Source of the DNA: Cystobasidiomycetes sp. EMM_F5
Taxonomy: Eukaryota
Assembly: GCA_051047955.1 (NCBI GenBank)
Contig: JBPGPT010000006.1
Span: forward strand, 186,001-250,000
DNA: 64,000 nucleotides
Reading direction: 5' to 3'
The position numbers were made by a program, and so were the translations under genes. A model generated the notes under the pieces. That model saw only the letters and a list, made by a program, of their open reading frames with translations. It had not been told where the DNA came from and searched no databases. Below are positions 38,932 to 53,592 of this stretch, in pieces. Position 1 is the stretch's first letter, and every line of letters begins with the position of its first letter.

Positions 38932-41900
38932 CTACGCAAGCAGGTCTTCGTTTTCTTGGCTAAATGATTGCGGTACTCCGGCCGGAGGTGACGTCGCATA
39001 TGATCCATTTGTCATGGTACTTGTGTGGTACACTGCTTGCGCGTCATCGTAATGACCATTTGCACGCGTTGGGCCGACATTGTCTTCTAGGCAACGCAGA
39101 CAATCAGTGCTTGTCGATGATAAAAGTGAGCAGCGACAGGACGTACTCAAGTGTAACTGCTGCACTAAATCAGTCGCATCATCCACGCCAACATGGTCCT
39201 GTTCCAGCTCCTGCTTGACCCCACCATGCTGTTCAGCACTGAGGGCTTCGGACCAGTCCTCAAACAGCTCGGCGCCGTCCTCCGGATCAGCAATACCAGC
39301 TGCTATTTTGGCTCGCTTCTTCGACTCTAGGTCAGCCTTCCACGCTTTGACCACCCGAGATGTCTGACTTGGTGCGTATGTTCGCGCAAACAGCGCTGCT
39401 TCTGGTATGCGCTCGGTTGCCATCAGCAAGTCCACACATCCTACCGCGTCTTGTAATTGCAGTAACGCAGAGAATGCAATGTTGTTGAGGCCTTTTGATT
39501 CTGCAATGAATGTTGTCAATCGCATATTGCAACAGGAGCTTATATGAAGACACCCACTGGCTTGCTCAGCCAAAGACTTCATGCCTTCGCGATCTCCAGT
39601 GCTCGAGTACACCAGCAATAGGGCAGCCAGATCTCCAGCATTGCTGAAGCATCGCGCAGCGAGATCAATCTTCCACAAAGCCAGTGCTCTGTCGCCCAAC
39701 GTTCGCCATTTCAGCTCGGTACCGCCCTGCTTGGCACCTGCAGATTCTGTAATCTCCAAAGCCCTGTCCAGATCGTCAAGCGCGAGAGCCAGCTCGAATT
39801 TTTGATCGGGATCAGTAGTTACTTGCAATGCAAGCTCCTTCATATCTGGGAATGATCAAGGTCATCAGCTGACCATCCGCATTGGTTGCAAGGATTGGCC
39901 CACCTTGAGCCTCCAGGAAGCGAGCAATCTTGTTACGCTGGTCACCAGCGATATTCGGCAGCAATTTCTCTGCCGTCTCCAGATCTCCGCGAAGTACGGC
40001 TGATTGGTACTCGATGACTGACATGGACAAGGAATAGGCATGAATATTGACATCTTTGTCGCAGACGTAGATGCGATTATGAGCGGGGATGTATCCAAGC
40101 AAGTACATTTGACTGGTCCAGCAAACAGGTATCAGTACTGCGTGGCGGAGTGGACGTGGCCGACTCACGTGTCAAAATGGCTCAAGGTGTTTGTTTGGCC
40201 GCCGACCAGGTAGTTGAGACGATTTCCAGAGGTGGTGTAGATAAAGCATTCGTCTAGCCATTTCCCAGTCCGCACGCTTTCATTGATCTCCGCTACCAAG
40301 TCGAAAGCCTCTTCGACACCTTCGTCGCCTAGATTGCCGCCATTGTCGACGAAATCAATGTACGCTTCTCGTGCAAAGCGGAGAACGTAGAACGAATCTG
40401 TTGACGTGATGGCGACCAGAGTACCGTTTGCCGACCAGATGACCTGACAGTGATATTAGTCATTTCAGCCTCGTGAACCGCCTGTTCATTATAAGCTTGC
40501 CAACTTACATTGTTGGCGTCAACTTCGATACGTCGAACCAGTGCACCATTCTCCCAGTCATAGAAGCACACAAAGCCATTTCCTTTCACGCCGAGCAATG
40601 CACCACCCCAGAGGCTGCTTGCAGTGTACGAGATGCCCTTGATAAGACCTGGACGTTCTTTGAAATTGCGGAACACCTTTATGGGTGATACTTTGCTATT
40701 TGTGCTGTCGCGAATCGCATACGTGTTACTGTCTGCGGCCCATGCAAAGCCCGATCCTGCTCCGAATGACTTGTTGCGCCATGCTAAAGCCGTGTAGATG
40801 ATATACTCGCCATCGCCGCATACAGTTACAAACCTGCATTGCAATAAATTAGCTTAGATAGTCTCAAAAATATCACATCCTCAGCTTACCGCCCGTTTGG
40901 CGAGTGCTGCAGTGATTGGGCAAAGATTTCGGTGGTCCCCAAATCGCGGACGGGAGCAGAGATTCTCTGCCCTTCAGTAGCGTCTTCTTCAGCTACACCG
41001 CTCCGACGTCAGCACTCAAAATGACAAAGTATGCGAGGTGACTGCACATACTGATACCTTGCAGATTCGTAGTGACGATTTCTGTATTTCGAGAAAAGAC
41101 GACCTTGCCGGAATTGTCCATGGACACTGACGGATCTTCCTTTCCGAGCTTGACAACAACTGCACCTTCATCGAACCCAAACCCGACGTCGTTGCCTTTT
41201 GCGTTGTACGCAACACACCAGCACCGTTCCAGACCGTAATTGAGGGTATTTTCCAGTCTGTACGTTGACGAGTGCCATATCTTGACAGTCCCGTCTTCGG
41301 ATCCTGAGATGATGACTGGCAGAGAAGGGTGAAAGATGGCAAAGGAGACATTTGATTCATGGCCTTCCAAGACCTGAATGCACGATTTCGAATGGTAGTC
41401 CCAGATCTTGACGAGACGGTCGTCGCCAGTTGTTACGAGGTAGGGCTTGTCGCCGCCGTGATAGTACTCTACGTAATTTACACCCTTCTGATGCGCATCG
41501 AGTGTAAAGTTGGCGGTGGGCGACCCAAGCGACCACACTTTGACAGTCGTGTCGAGACATGCTGAGGCAAAGGTATTGCTGTCTTTTGGGTTGAAGGCGA
41601 TGTTCATAATGTAGTGCGTATGGCCTTCGAATGTCTGCCGTGCAATGAACGTCAACAAGGATTCATCAGATAGAAACACACCCACACACTTGAACGCATT
41701 TCCATCCTTGCTCCCAATTCCATAGCTTGATGGTCATGTCATCGCTACCAGTGAGGACTAGGGGCTGGGTCGGATGTACGGCAAGACATCTAGTCGCTTG
41801 CAGTCAGCATAAAGACGGAAATTACTCGAATCTAGTCTTCTTGCCTGATGTAATCTGGATGCGCTTCAAACGCAGTCACCCGCTCTTGGGTGTTGTAGTT

Positions 41901-42202
41901 GTAGCATCGTAAATTGAAGTCGTCGGAACCGCAAACGAACCAGTTCTTCCGAGCAATGAATGCCACACTCCGCACTGGTACTTCTGTTACTTCGAAGGTC
42001 TTGACCAGTGCTCCAGTCTCATGATTCCAGATAAACACGTTTCCGGTATAGAGACCTGCGATAAATCCGCGTTATTGAAAGCTGTCAAAGCACATCCAAG
42101 ACGTGAAATACCGGCCAGGATCCACGGTTGAGAAGGATGCAGGTCAAGCGATTTGACGCGCGAGGACCTTGCCAGCAGTTTGCGGTTGATGTCGAGCAGC
42201 AT
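38932..42202 (-). CDS. SEC27: Coatomer beta' subunit (WD40)
   Basis: [91 protein letters not shown]. Confidence 0.97.
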
Positions 42203-42563
42203 AGTGCCGTCTGAGCGGTATGCAGTCGCGGTTTTTGGAGACTGGACACGGAGACTGCCTCGCTCTCGCTATTCCGTAGCGGACTATACCCTCGTCAGAG
42301 TTGCTTGTGCTGCCGTTCAGACTGTTCACTGCCAGGTTGTTTGCAGACCAAGCCGTGAAGTCGCGACTCCTTGTGCCTTTGCCTGAATCCCAAATTCATC
42401 GAGATTTGGCGAAGTCCTTTCCAGCCCACCCGGGGGAATCCTGCCAGGCCTCCAGACGTGACTGCTATTTGCGCAGTGCGGCAGAAAATCGACCAGGAAT
42501 CAGGATAACAGGCTGAAAAGTGAATTGAGAGATATTACTGGCCGTAAAGGCTGAGCGAATGCC

Positions 42564-45500
42564 ATGGACGTCGACGAGTGGGGTGCTGGACTTCGAGGGA
42601 CTGGCAGTCATGGGCCGGATATTGGATCCAGCGTCCAAATGAACGACGAAAGTGCAGCAAGTCTACAGCATTCTGGGGCTTACGCTTTAATGGACAAGCC
42701 TCAAACTGTCGCAGCTCATTCCGCACTCACCTCTGACGACGTCGCCCGTCTCCGAGAACTGCTCGCTGGCTTCTCCCTCCCCGCCAATGATGCCGACCTC
42801 GTTCAGCGATTCATTGATAATATCCACAATCAAAGTCATGGCAAGGATGTCACTCTATCAGACGACTCGTTACAGCATGCCAGGAGTACCTCTCGCAGTC
42901 CCCGTATGTCACCATCCGCTGGCAGCCTACAAGACCCACTGCAGCTCAACAGCCTCTTCCAACAAGTGGACAAGGACCGAATGGCTCTCGAGAACGAGCA
43001 GCTCAAACGTCAAATACAAATGATACAACTCAAACGAAAGCAGCACCCTTCTCTCCCCATAAATACCACCACCTCGACCTCTGCTGCTCTACAAAGTCCA
43101 GATCAAGCAGACCAAGTGGCGGTGAGTACTATTCGTAATTTATGCGAAAAGGATGAATCAATCGTACTTAGCGTCTTCTTGGGCTTCACACCGGCAGCAC
43201 CTGTCTACGCAGCTCAAGATCCTTGCAGCTGACAAAAATTACCTACTCAATCGAGCAAGTGGTCTGTGCTATTCAAATTCGCACTCAATTAACCCTACAT
43301 GCGCTTGCAGATGCGTCATTCTGAAGCTCAAACATCGCGAATGGAGTCGGAGCTACGTCAATTGCGTTCCTTCCTGCTGAGTAAGGTGAAGCCCGTATGT
43401 ATAGCGTCTCCACCGTCATCCCCGGAGGAAGAGGATATGCAGGTATTCGATAACGTTGGAACATCGTCCCACCATCAGGTCACCGCATCAACATCTCATT
43501 ATAAACAAGCGACGCCAGGAGTTACTCCGCAACACGACAGTATCGACAGCATACCACCTACGCAAAACTCTGCAGAGAGCGACCGAACACTGATCGTCCA
43601 GTCAGAAGGCGAGAATCAAAATGGGAATGTATCGAATGAAGCAGAGTCCTCGCCTGAACGTCAAAAGCGACAAGGCAGTCCAGTCAATCCCCAATTACCG
43701 GAGAGTAGCGGACTTCAGTCTCCCTTCAAGCGTCCACGGCGTGAGGAGCGTCATACACCGCAAGCCGCCCTCTCTGGCACAGAAAATGGGTTGATCACAC
43801 CTGTAAGCGTCGCCGAAACGCCCGAACCTTACTATCGGCACCGCAAAAATCGCGCAACTATGGGTGACGCCGAGACTGAACATTTGCTACTTGCAGCGCA
43901 GCGGCTAGCTCGAGTAACAAAGAGCGTTGACTGGCGCCCTGAAGTGTCTCGAAGTATCAATGATCGCCTCGCATCCACGTCTAAGAGTGCTTCGAGACAA
44001 ATGCAGCCTTTTGTATTTCCTGCTCAACCGCTTGCTGCTCGACAAGCCGGAAGCGCTGGCCTGAAAAGTATGTTTCCACAAAGCTTAGACCGTCCTCCAG
44101 TGCCGTCCAGCGGTGACTCCGGACTCATCACCAACGGTCTCCGGTCGCCGATGAAATCCTCTACTGCTTCCACCTCCGCCAGAGCGACATATCAACATCT
44201 TGACGCCGACACTGGCGTGGTCAGTAGTTCCGCTTCCCCGCCTCTCCCGATCGGAGCGCATGACGACGCAGATGCCGAAGACGGAGACGTCGAAAAATCA
44301 AACTTGCTGCCTTCTTTCAGGAAAGACAATCCAAACAAGAGAGTCGGCAGACCGGCTGGTACGCCAAACAAGACAAAGACCATCAGCATCAATCAGACTG
44401 CCGCTGTAAGACGTCGCGCTAGACGTTTACAATACATCGCTAGTAATGGAGGCCGAGGACGAGGACGCGGAAGACCCGTACGCGATAGCTATGGTAGCCC
44501 ACACCTCGGCGAACGCCGCGGTGGCCACGGTGAGGGTACAGGCAGTGTTGATGACCTGCTCTTTGCTGCGCATATGCGAAACTTGACAGCTGGCGATGAG
44601 GACGCATTCTACGAGGAGGACGAAGATGCAGAAGGCTATGACGACGATGATGATCTATACGCAGACAACGGTATGGATGATGTTCAGCCTCCTGCCATGT
44701 CCTCGCGGACACGACAGGGTTCTTCGAATCGGCGAGCAGCCGAAATCTCCCCTGCTACTCCCCGCATCCCGCCAGCTAATCGTAACGGTGTCCCGGCTAC
44801 GCCAAATACTATCGATCGACAACGATCTGCGCTGGATGTGCTGGCAGAGGCTTCTGCTTCTGCCGATCCTGCAAGCAAAAGACGAGGCATTCCCGGCGGC
44901 GTTCACAATGACTCTCGCTCAGCTAGCCCTTTGCAAACTCGGAGAAACCTTGCGGACGCAATTTCAGCTCATGATGGACATCAACAGCATAATGCGGCGG
45001 TCTGGACTGGATTAGGCATGCCGATGGACATGACGTATCCGCAACCCGCCTCCAACGTAACTTTTGACTATTCTACTTTGCCACCCTTTCCTCAGCCATC
45101 GCTGCCTATTCCCACTATACAAGACTGGTCATATACGCAACAACCATGGGACCAGCAATTTCCGCAACCGGCAGCCAGCACATCAACCGACATGTCACCT
45201 CGACCTGTCCATTCAAGTTATGGCTATGCCATACCTCAACAGCTTACAATTGCTCAACAACTGTCTCATGGTGTGGATGAGAGCCATCCCTTGATAGACC
45301 ACGATGATCTCATCTCCGGCATGACTCCAGCGGCGGCCCTCGCCAAGAAGAGCCGGTCGCCATACGTTAAATGGACGCCTGAGGAAGATGAAAAGCTTGT
45401 AGTCAGCATCGCACAGCATGGCACACGGTGGGACCTGGTTGCAAAAGCGTTGCCAAGCCGAAGCTATCACCAATGTCGGCAACGATGGCTTCGCGGCATG

Positions 45501-45686
45501 CGATGTACGTTGACTTTGCTTATCGCACTGTGTCACACTGACACTCATTACAAAATAGCTGGGAAAGCCTTGCCGAAAGATATGTTGCATCTGCAAGCCC
45601 AAGTTGATGCAGCTGTCGAAGCCTATGAGCAAGAAAAGGCTGGTAAGAAAGGCAATCAAAAGAAAGACGATGTACAGGAAGAATGA
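42564..45686 (+). CDS. Largely disordered protein with a C-terminal Myb/SANT repeat (probable transcription factor)
   Basis: 795-aa exon ending in PYVKWTPEEDEKLVVSIAQHGTRWDLVAKALPSRSYHQCRQRW; coiled-coil-like N-terminal exons; GRP (AT-hook-like) motifs. Confidence 0.8.
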
Positions 45687-47194
45687 GCACTGCTGTGTGG
45701 ACACGAAGCCTAATTTCTACCTGCTTACAGTGACCTAGGTCCTTAAGCCATCCTGGCCGCGCTTCGCTACTAGACGAGCTGAAGAATTGCGTGGGCTATC
45801 TAACCGACTCGCTTCTTCGACCTTTATGCACGTTAGTGATATGCTAATGTCTAACGCTCCATCTCGCTTATGCAGTGTCTGCCAGAAGACAATGCTTGAC
45901 CGATCGAAAAGCTGATAAACGTCTTATTGGCTTCAGTCGCGTACCATCTTTCATCCAAAGAGCCTATCGTGACAGTCTTCCAGCTTCTGTAACCCGCAAT
46001 ATGTTTGTTTTCGGACAAAGACAGCTTGTCAGACAACTTATAAAACCTAATTTCAGCCGACGATGCGACAAACTCCACACCTAAGCGACTCCCTCCACGC
46101 GTAGGATGCACACATGTCTGAGTAGATTAGCCGACTACGTCCATTTAAGCGCTTCGCGCAACACTTCTGACTTCTTTCTTTCCTGAGTGCTGCGCTGTGT
46201 AGCGTATGTATGCGACGCTATACTGCGCAGCACTGAGGCGGCTTTATGTCTCGCACAGTCACACTCCCGGAACAGCACGGACCCCGGTAATTATGGTTGT
46301 GGTCTACGTCAAGTGAGTTTCATGACTGCACAACTAAGCGGTATACCCAAAATTAATTAGATGAAACAGCGATACACGAATATAGTGGTCTGACGATTTG
46401 GAATCTGCACTTGCATTCGGGAAGTCCCGAAAGTCTCGGCCCCTGTGTCTGACTTATCTCCGCTTACCCACTGGATAGTAGGTGTCACATACACCGTACC
46501 ACCAGGCTTGTAGCCGAGCAGACAAATTATATACCACAGCAAAAAAGGCATTTTGTGCCATTACAGCATGCAATATCTATGGAGTTCAAGGCAAACCTGC
46601 CCATCTCTGGATGGTGCAATGACGGGGATCGAGCGCCAAGGCTTTGCAGTCCGCCAGCCGGCTTCGGACTTGATATCACGCTATGTCTGGGTTACCCTCC
46701 TCATGTCTTCCCCAGCTCCAGCTCTGGCTCTGCCTCAATGTCAAATTCGCCTTCGCCTATTGGAGATAGCAGAAGGATCCCCCGAAGATATCAGTACCGA
46801 AGAAAACAACGAACCGTATCTTCTCGAGTATGGGTAAACCTTCAACACCTGCTGCTCCTACGTCCGGCATAGACAGACTGCTGTCAGTCCTGTACAAGCT
46901 GGACAAATGCATGAGGGAGGAGGCTGTTGCCGCACTTTCGTCTTATCTGGACAGTAGAACATTGCTCTGCGGACACGATAGATCGGAAGTCAGTCCCACG
47001 CCGCTGTAGTCAGCCGCTTGTAATGCTCTTATGAGGAGCAATACAGACATCGAAACCAAATCACCAACATGTTGTTGACTTCTTTTTGTATATAGATTCA
47101 GTAAACCATGCCACAGACGAAAAGAGAACTGGAGTGCTACAGATGAGAGATAAATGAGGACTAATGAGAGAGAGGCTACACGGTAGATGGGAAT

Positions 47195-48163
47195 TCAGAT
47201 AGCTGGCTGCAGGCCATGAAGAGACGTGCGTAGATTCTGAGCAGGCCTTCTCATGCCACCTTCATCGTCAGAATCGCTGCTGTCTTCGCCGAGATCCGAC
47301 CAAGCAGACATGTTGTCCTCTTCGATGCCGAAATGAGGATGAGCGGGCGCCGATATCTCTGAGAATGGCGACGACACAGTGCTCCTATCTATCGGAGTAC
47401 GCGGTCTCGACAAGATAGTCGCAGAGGTATCAGACATGGATCTGATTGTCGGAGTTGGCGATGGTGTGTGCGATCGAGATGTCTGATAGTCTGGTTGAAT
47501 GACAGAGTATCCTGCAAGACTTTCGCTCGCTGATGAAGGAGATCTGATAGCTGCATCGTCGATATCAAGTAGAGTCGGCTGGTGTGCGTTACTGTGCCGG
47601 CTGGAGATGCTTGAACGGCGTGATCCTAATGGCGTCTCGAACACGGACGCTGCGTCTGCTCGGGATATAGGACCGGCATCAAAGAGAACATCTCGTGGCC
47701 GTTCTTGCATTTCGACGTTGTCCGCCTGGATTAGACGTGTAAACGATGTGGCGTCGTCAGCGTGCACTCGACAGGGTAGAGTATGAGCTTGCCTGGACTG
47801 AGCGAGAGTGAGCATGACGATGCCTTAGGCCATCCGACGGCGAAGAGAACGGGTCCTGCCACGGATTGACCTCTGACGATCTCGGCTCCCGGTAATGCGA
47901 GCTGTAGCCGTACTGCTGCTGCTGGTCGTACTCTTGCAGCGACATTGCCATTGCTCGGTTCATCATTTCCTCCTCCTCGCGCTCCTCTCTGCGCCTGTCT
48001 AGGGCAGGCTGAATGAAGACTTCGTTGATGAGAATGGCTGCACCAACGGCGACCACAGCCTTGCAATTGAATCAACACAGCACGGTCAGCGTATCTTTCA
48101 CAGTCTGCTTAGCCGTGGATTATGGCTCACCCCGCCTAATAGAAAGACTGCTGCATGCGGCAT
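47195..48163 (-). CDS. Hypothetical protein with an N-terminal membrane anchor and an S-rich tail
   Basis: MPHAAVFLLGG|AVVAVGAAILINEVF..EEMMNRAMAMSLQE (UIM-like), then a long low-complexity exon. Confidence 0.55.
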
Positions 48164-48472
48164 ACTGTATTCAGGCGGTAGCGGTGTAGACAACTTGAAG
48201 CTCGAGGCTGAAGCTGAAGCTGGAACGCTTCAAAGGGAATACATGTTGCCCGTCAAATGGGCTGATATATTTAAGCCAATGTATGTACGATCAAGTCATT
48301 AATACCCATAAGCTATCCTTGTGCAGTGCTCTCAATGATGCTCCGTGCTGTCATTGCCAATCGAGAAATACTCGTCGCGTTTGACATTGTCGAAGCGAGT
48401 TTTGTTAATCTGCTAGCTACTTTGGAAAGCTGACACTGATTTGACGGGCTGCTCTCTACCAGTCAGCTCCGT

Positions 48473-51143
48473 ATGGCTCTCTCCGAGCAGACTCCCCTCC
48501 TCAGTCACGCTGATGACGGCCTGGATGACGGCAATGACGCTCCAGTCGCTTGTCGGGATGTCCCGCCAAAAGTTGCAGTGGGCTGAACGACTGCAGCGAG
48601 ACTTTTGATTCAAACAGCTAACCTACTTTGATTGTGCAGTCCAAAATTATCGCTCGTATCAAGGCTATGGTCCTGCGACTCTTGCCGCTCCAGGTGGAAT
48701 CTGATGATATCACAGCAGCAAACGGCTCCATTATAACTCCAGAAGCAGTCAAGGCCTTCCATCTCGCTGGTGGAGACTTTGCAGATGCAGTCCCATACTG
48801 TCTCCTGGTCGCCCGCAGGTCATTCCACAAGGACGCATACCGAAATCCATCAGACTTTGATGAGCATATGAATCACAAGCTGGCTTGTGAAGTGCTGGCA
48901 AGGCGAGTGGTGACGCTGCATGTCGAGGTGCAGAGGCAGCACGTCGTCTTGTCGACCCGCTACTCGCACATCGAAAGTGATGGAGATGTCAGTCTGCCTC
49001 TATCGGCGATAGAGCTGGCGACAGATCTACACTGCCCCATCTTCCTGTCATCTGCGGAATCACAAAAGACGGTGTTTGCGCTGTGGAAAGGTCATCTCGT
49101 CCAAGGAAGAGATGACAAGGGGCACGTTGTCTACCAGCTGTGGAAGCCAAGAGGCGGTCTCGGTGAGCGGACGAAACTCCACATGCTCACCCTTCTCTGA
49201 TGGTCAACCATAGATCCGTCTCGTCTAGCTGTCCCGCGCTACCAAAACATTTTCCGCATCTTGTTATGGATCCTCTTCCTTGTGTGTTACACCCTTGCCA
49301 TTCAGACTCCAGAACGAGAATTCGGACTCGAAGGTATGTCACGCGTGTCATTACACCTATTCTGACTGACTTCACCTCGAAACGCACCAGATTACATTCT
49401 CTATATCCAAGTGGCCGGCTATACCCTCGAAGAAATTGTCAAATTCGCCAAAGTCCGATCAAGCGCAATCCTCACGTTTTGGACATGCGTCAACATTACA
49501 ATCTATTCGCTCCTCTTCATTGCACTCGGATATCGTATTGCGGATCTGGCAAGCAAGAATGATAAAAATGCCCTGCATTGGAGATTGCGATCGTTCCAGA
49601 TCCTTTCGTGAGTCCGACAGACTGCAAGGGAAATGTATCGGTCGTGCTAACGCAGTGTTGCGTCACCAGATGTGCTGCACCGCTGATATGGGCAAAGCTA
49701 CTCAGTAAGGATTTACAACTTAATCTCGTTTTGCGTGGATGTAGTCGCTGATTGCGAGTCGTGACAGCCGTCTTTGACCTTTTCAGCTTCTTTGGCTCGA
49801 TGCAGATTGTTGTAGGTCGGATGATGAAAGAAAGCATAGTGTGGGTCTGGCTTTCTACCCATCCAAGCTATCGTTGCGGGTCAAACGTCGACTGAACGGT
49901 ACGCCGTGATGTGCAGTTTCTTCACACTACTCGGAATACTTGGCATGGGTAAGTTTGGCTGTAATTATCAATACTCAGCTTGCTATCTTGTACTCATCAT
50001 GTTCGTGTCGCTTGTTTCTCACAGGCTTCCTTCAAGCGCTCACCGGTCTAGATGTAGCAGATTCCCAGCGAGATGCAACCTCTCAGATTCTACATTCCCT
50101 TTTGCAGGGACTACTCGGCTCGCCGACTTTTGACGTTTTTGAGGGTAAAGGGGCGAGCTATCCTTTCGGCATGATCCTCTATTATGTCAGTTGGTAGCAT
50201 TCTTCCGCGGTGCGGCCCTAATAACGTTTGCTCTTCAGGCATGGTCGGCTCTCACCCTGATCATCCTGCTCAATATCCTTATTGCGCTCTTCAATTCGGC
50301 TTACGAGAACGTTACCGAGGACGCCATTGCACAATACATGGCCTTTTTTGCACAGAGTGGGTATTGTCAGCTTCCTTCACATGATTATGAGGTTTCTCAC
50401 AGTAGCTGCCTACTCAGAAACCATCAGCTCGGTTCGCGCGCCAGATCAATTCGTTTACGTTGCGCCATTCAACCTGATCGAGTTGCCTCTGCTTCGTGAG
50501 TCTGGAACATTCTGCATATGCTGCCCGAAGCTGACCTCAACACAGCACTCGAGCTCATCGTTTCGACTGATACGTACAGTACAATTAACACAATCATCAT
50601 GACCATTGTCTTCTTTCCGGCTCTGTCCGTATTTGCATCTGCCGGATCCTTGCCTGTACTAATCAACGTTCTTTTTGCGTTTCTTTGCGCGCAGATGCGT
50701 CATTGCGCTCTTTGAATCGCGCTTCGAACACTGGCGGAACAAGAGCGGCGTTATGCGTTCTCTGCAAGATGAGGGCGTTGTAAGCATTTATTTTGACATA
50801 CTCACTTACTGCAAGCCGCTTTACTGAGATAATCCTTTCTGACAGGACTACGATACCCTGGAGGAGAATCCACAGACGAGCGATATAGATGGGGACATTG
50901 ACGGCGAAATATCCACCGTGCCATTCGAAGAGTTGATAAAGGCCTTCCCGGATGTCAGTAATGCCATCATTCGTGCGTGCCGTGCGCCGGTACCGGTGGC
51001 TGATCGGAGCTTTCGCAATACAGCTGCAAACATCGACATCTTCACAAATTCTTAAAGAAGTAAAGCGTTTGCAACAGGAAGTTAATAGTTTGAAGAAGGA
51101 ATTGAAGGAGACGACCGGTTCCGTCAAGAAGGAGGAAGATTGA
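48473..51143 (+). CDS. YVC1: TRP-family vacuolar cation channel (Yvc1-like)
   Basis: VPYCLL..ACEVLARR..SAIELA.D..FLSS..Q..V.ALWKG, RLAVPRYQN, IILLNILIALFNSAYENVTEDA, VRAPDQFVYVAPFNLIE. Confidence 0.88.
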
Positions 51144-51343
51144 GTCAGCAAAATGCGTGGGTAGATCGCACGCACTGCCGAAGCGTATTCTTGGGCAGGC
51201 AACGCTTCTGAGCACGGCGACTTCTGTATTACTCGGTGTCTAGGTAGTATACACGGACCATTATGACGCCTTCAAGCTGTTCTTTGAAAGGGTATAGATA
51301 CTGTTTTGACGGAAATCCATGCCAACTTATCAACACTTCTAAT

Positions 51344-53300
51344 CTACAGGAATCGTAAGAACGATTCAGACGAGGATCTAGCGTCCTTGAATGCTACATA
51401 ACCTCTGCATAGGAACCATGTAATAACTACAGTTGCGATGTAGCAGAAGAAGGCGGGCCCGAAATGCAGCCTTGTAGGCAAGCCAAAGAAGGTCAAGGCA
51501 AGGTTGGCTGAGAAGCGGAATACAAGCAGCTGACAAAGTGAAGTCAGCAAGGAGAAAGCAGTGGGGGCGTCGAACCATAGTCTGGACTCACGCTCATGGC
51601 ATAGAAAAAGATCGGTGCTCTTCCGATATGTAATAACGGTATCGTTTCCCGCAATCTTGTCGGCAGATTGTCTAATGCCACTAGCATCAAGGCGATGACA
51701 CCGAGAGCAGCACTCATGTGCGCCAGATCAGGTGGGAATTTGACAGTATAAAAGAAGGCTTGCCAGGACTCCAAGTACGGATTGTTTGGGTGATTAGGAT
51801 GATCTGGTAGCAAGTGAGTAGATAGATTGCCGAATTGCAGAACTCGAGTAAGGATGAAGAATGCCAGAAGCAAAGCAGCGAGGATCAGGTGGATCGCGGC
51901 AGTTGATGCACGAGATCGCTGCCGGCGCGTCACGAATCGAGCATACATTATTCCCCTATCTGAATGTCAGTACCAAAATCGCTGGCCGCGAGGATGCAAT
52001 TCTTACAGGAAACCGAACGGAAGCCAGCTGGAAACAGAGGCGGCAGTGTCAGCCACTGCATTGGAATTATACGTTCCGTAGTATTACCTCAGTGGAGTAT
52101 ACTGCGATGACAAGGTGGATGGGTATGCCATCGTGCGGCGTGCATATGATGGACGTGGCATGACCCTGTGTTAGCACACAGGGATCAGTTATCGAGTTAC
52201 CAGCTTCACTTTTTATCCCTTACCAGAACCAGAACCACTCGCTCTTGTCCTCTGCTACCGTCCCAATGCGTGGTACGACCAGCATATTCACGACCATTAA
52301 CCCGGCGACACCTGCTAGCAGCAGAACGTTGCCGGCAAGGTGCGCCACTGCTTCCGCTCTCTCGACTACGTTGACTTTGTGCCGCTGCCCGGGCAAGAGG
52401 GCATCGCTCTCCTGGGTTACTTCGACAGTCTCGAGATCGCGTTGCAGAAATTTGGCAACTACAATCTTCTCGAATGAAAGTAGTGCAACAGTCGTGAAGC
52501 CCAGCAAGATCAGAAGGACCCCATATGTGAATAGTATAAGGTTCTCCACGAGAGCTGGACCGTCTGCTCGGACCTTGAAGTCCAGCGCCAGTAGTGAGTT
52601 TATAATCTGCCGATTGCAATTTAGTATGCGCAAGTACATCGCGAGGGAGAATACACACCATCAGTAGGAGGCCACGCTTGGCGAAGTGGAGGAGTAGTTG
52701 CCAGCGAGACCATCCCAATTGTAAGCGCGATTGCTGAAACAGCACGACGCCAATGCCAAGGAGACAAAACAATCCGGCTGCGGCAGGATTCTGTGCAATA
52801 TTTGCGAGCAGACTCCTCAGCAGCGCACACTACAAGCATTGGAGCGAAATACTTACCGAAAGAATCCTCAGAATATACACTGGGCTGTCGCTCCAGCGGC
52901 GTTGCTTCGAGTACCAATTGAGGTCAGATTCACTCGACCGAAGGAACAACTGAATGCTCTCCGTCGCATTCAGGGTGAGCAGTAAACCTCTGAGAAGGTC
53001 GAAGCTGAGCAGGGTCTGCCTTCTGAACGAGTCTGGCGGTTCTTCGACCATGTCCGCTCCAAGCGGCTCTGTGCTGAAGTCGGTCTCTTGCAAAGCCGCT
53101 GACGACACCTGGTGCGCATACTGATCCGCGATGAGTCTCGTCACATTGTCCGGTCTGCTGCTCGCGACCAATATCGGGCCAGGCCGCACTGAGCTCGCCC
53201 GTGACGCACGTCGTTCGAGCGGCTGCGCGTCAATAGACGTCAATCTCGATGTGCTCGTAGCGGTCTCCAGCGTTCCATAGTTCGCAGAGCCGCTCGCCAT
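51344..53300 (-). CDS. Polytopic membrane protein, DUF1624 / HGSNAT-like acyltransferase family
   Basis: SFDLLRGLLLTL, ILRILS..AGLFCLLGIGVVLF, KRGLLL, FFYTVKFPPDL, GRAPIFFY, WFLCRGYVAFK. Confidence 0.6.
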
Positions 53301-53592
53301 AGCCGTACGGTCCAGACAATCTGCAGTTTGGTTGGCAAACCTCCAAAGACATGCTCGTCAGAATGGGCTACGGCCTCCGAAACGGCCATACAGGCAAGCG
53401 GCAAAGAATATGCATAAGAGAGCGTTTGAGATGCTAATTAAGCTGTCATTGATGCAACTAATAAACACATGCTGATTAATGCGGAGTTGTCCTAATAAAG
53501 AGTACGGATCCTGATTGTCCATGTGCAGGTGCTGTCGTAGAATAGTGCTGAACTTCGTGAGGTCGTGTGCTTCTCCATCACGCTGAGCCGAA

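Noticed and set aside
45850..46900. Short ORFs between the Myb gene and 47195, including an exon-like MPFLLWYII..QW|gtaagc
   Set aside because: No coherent multi-exon model or recognisable motif could be built.
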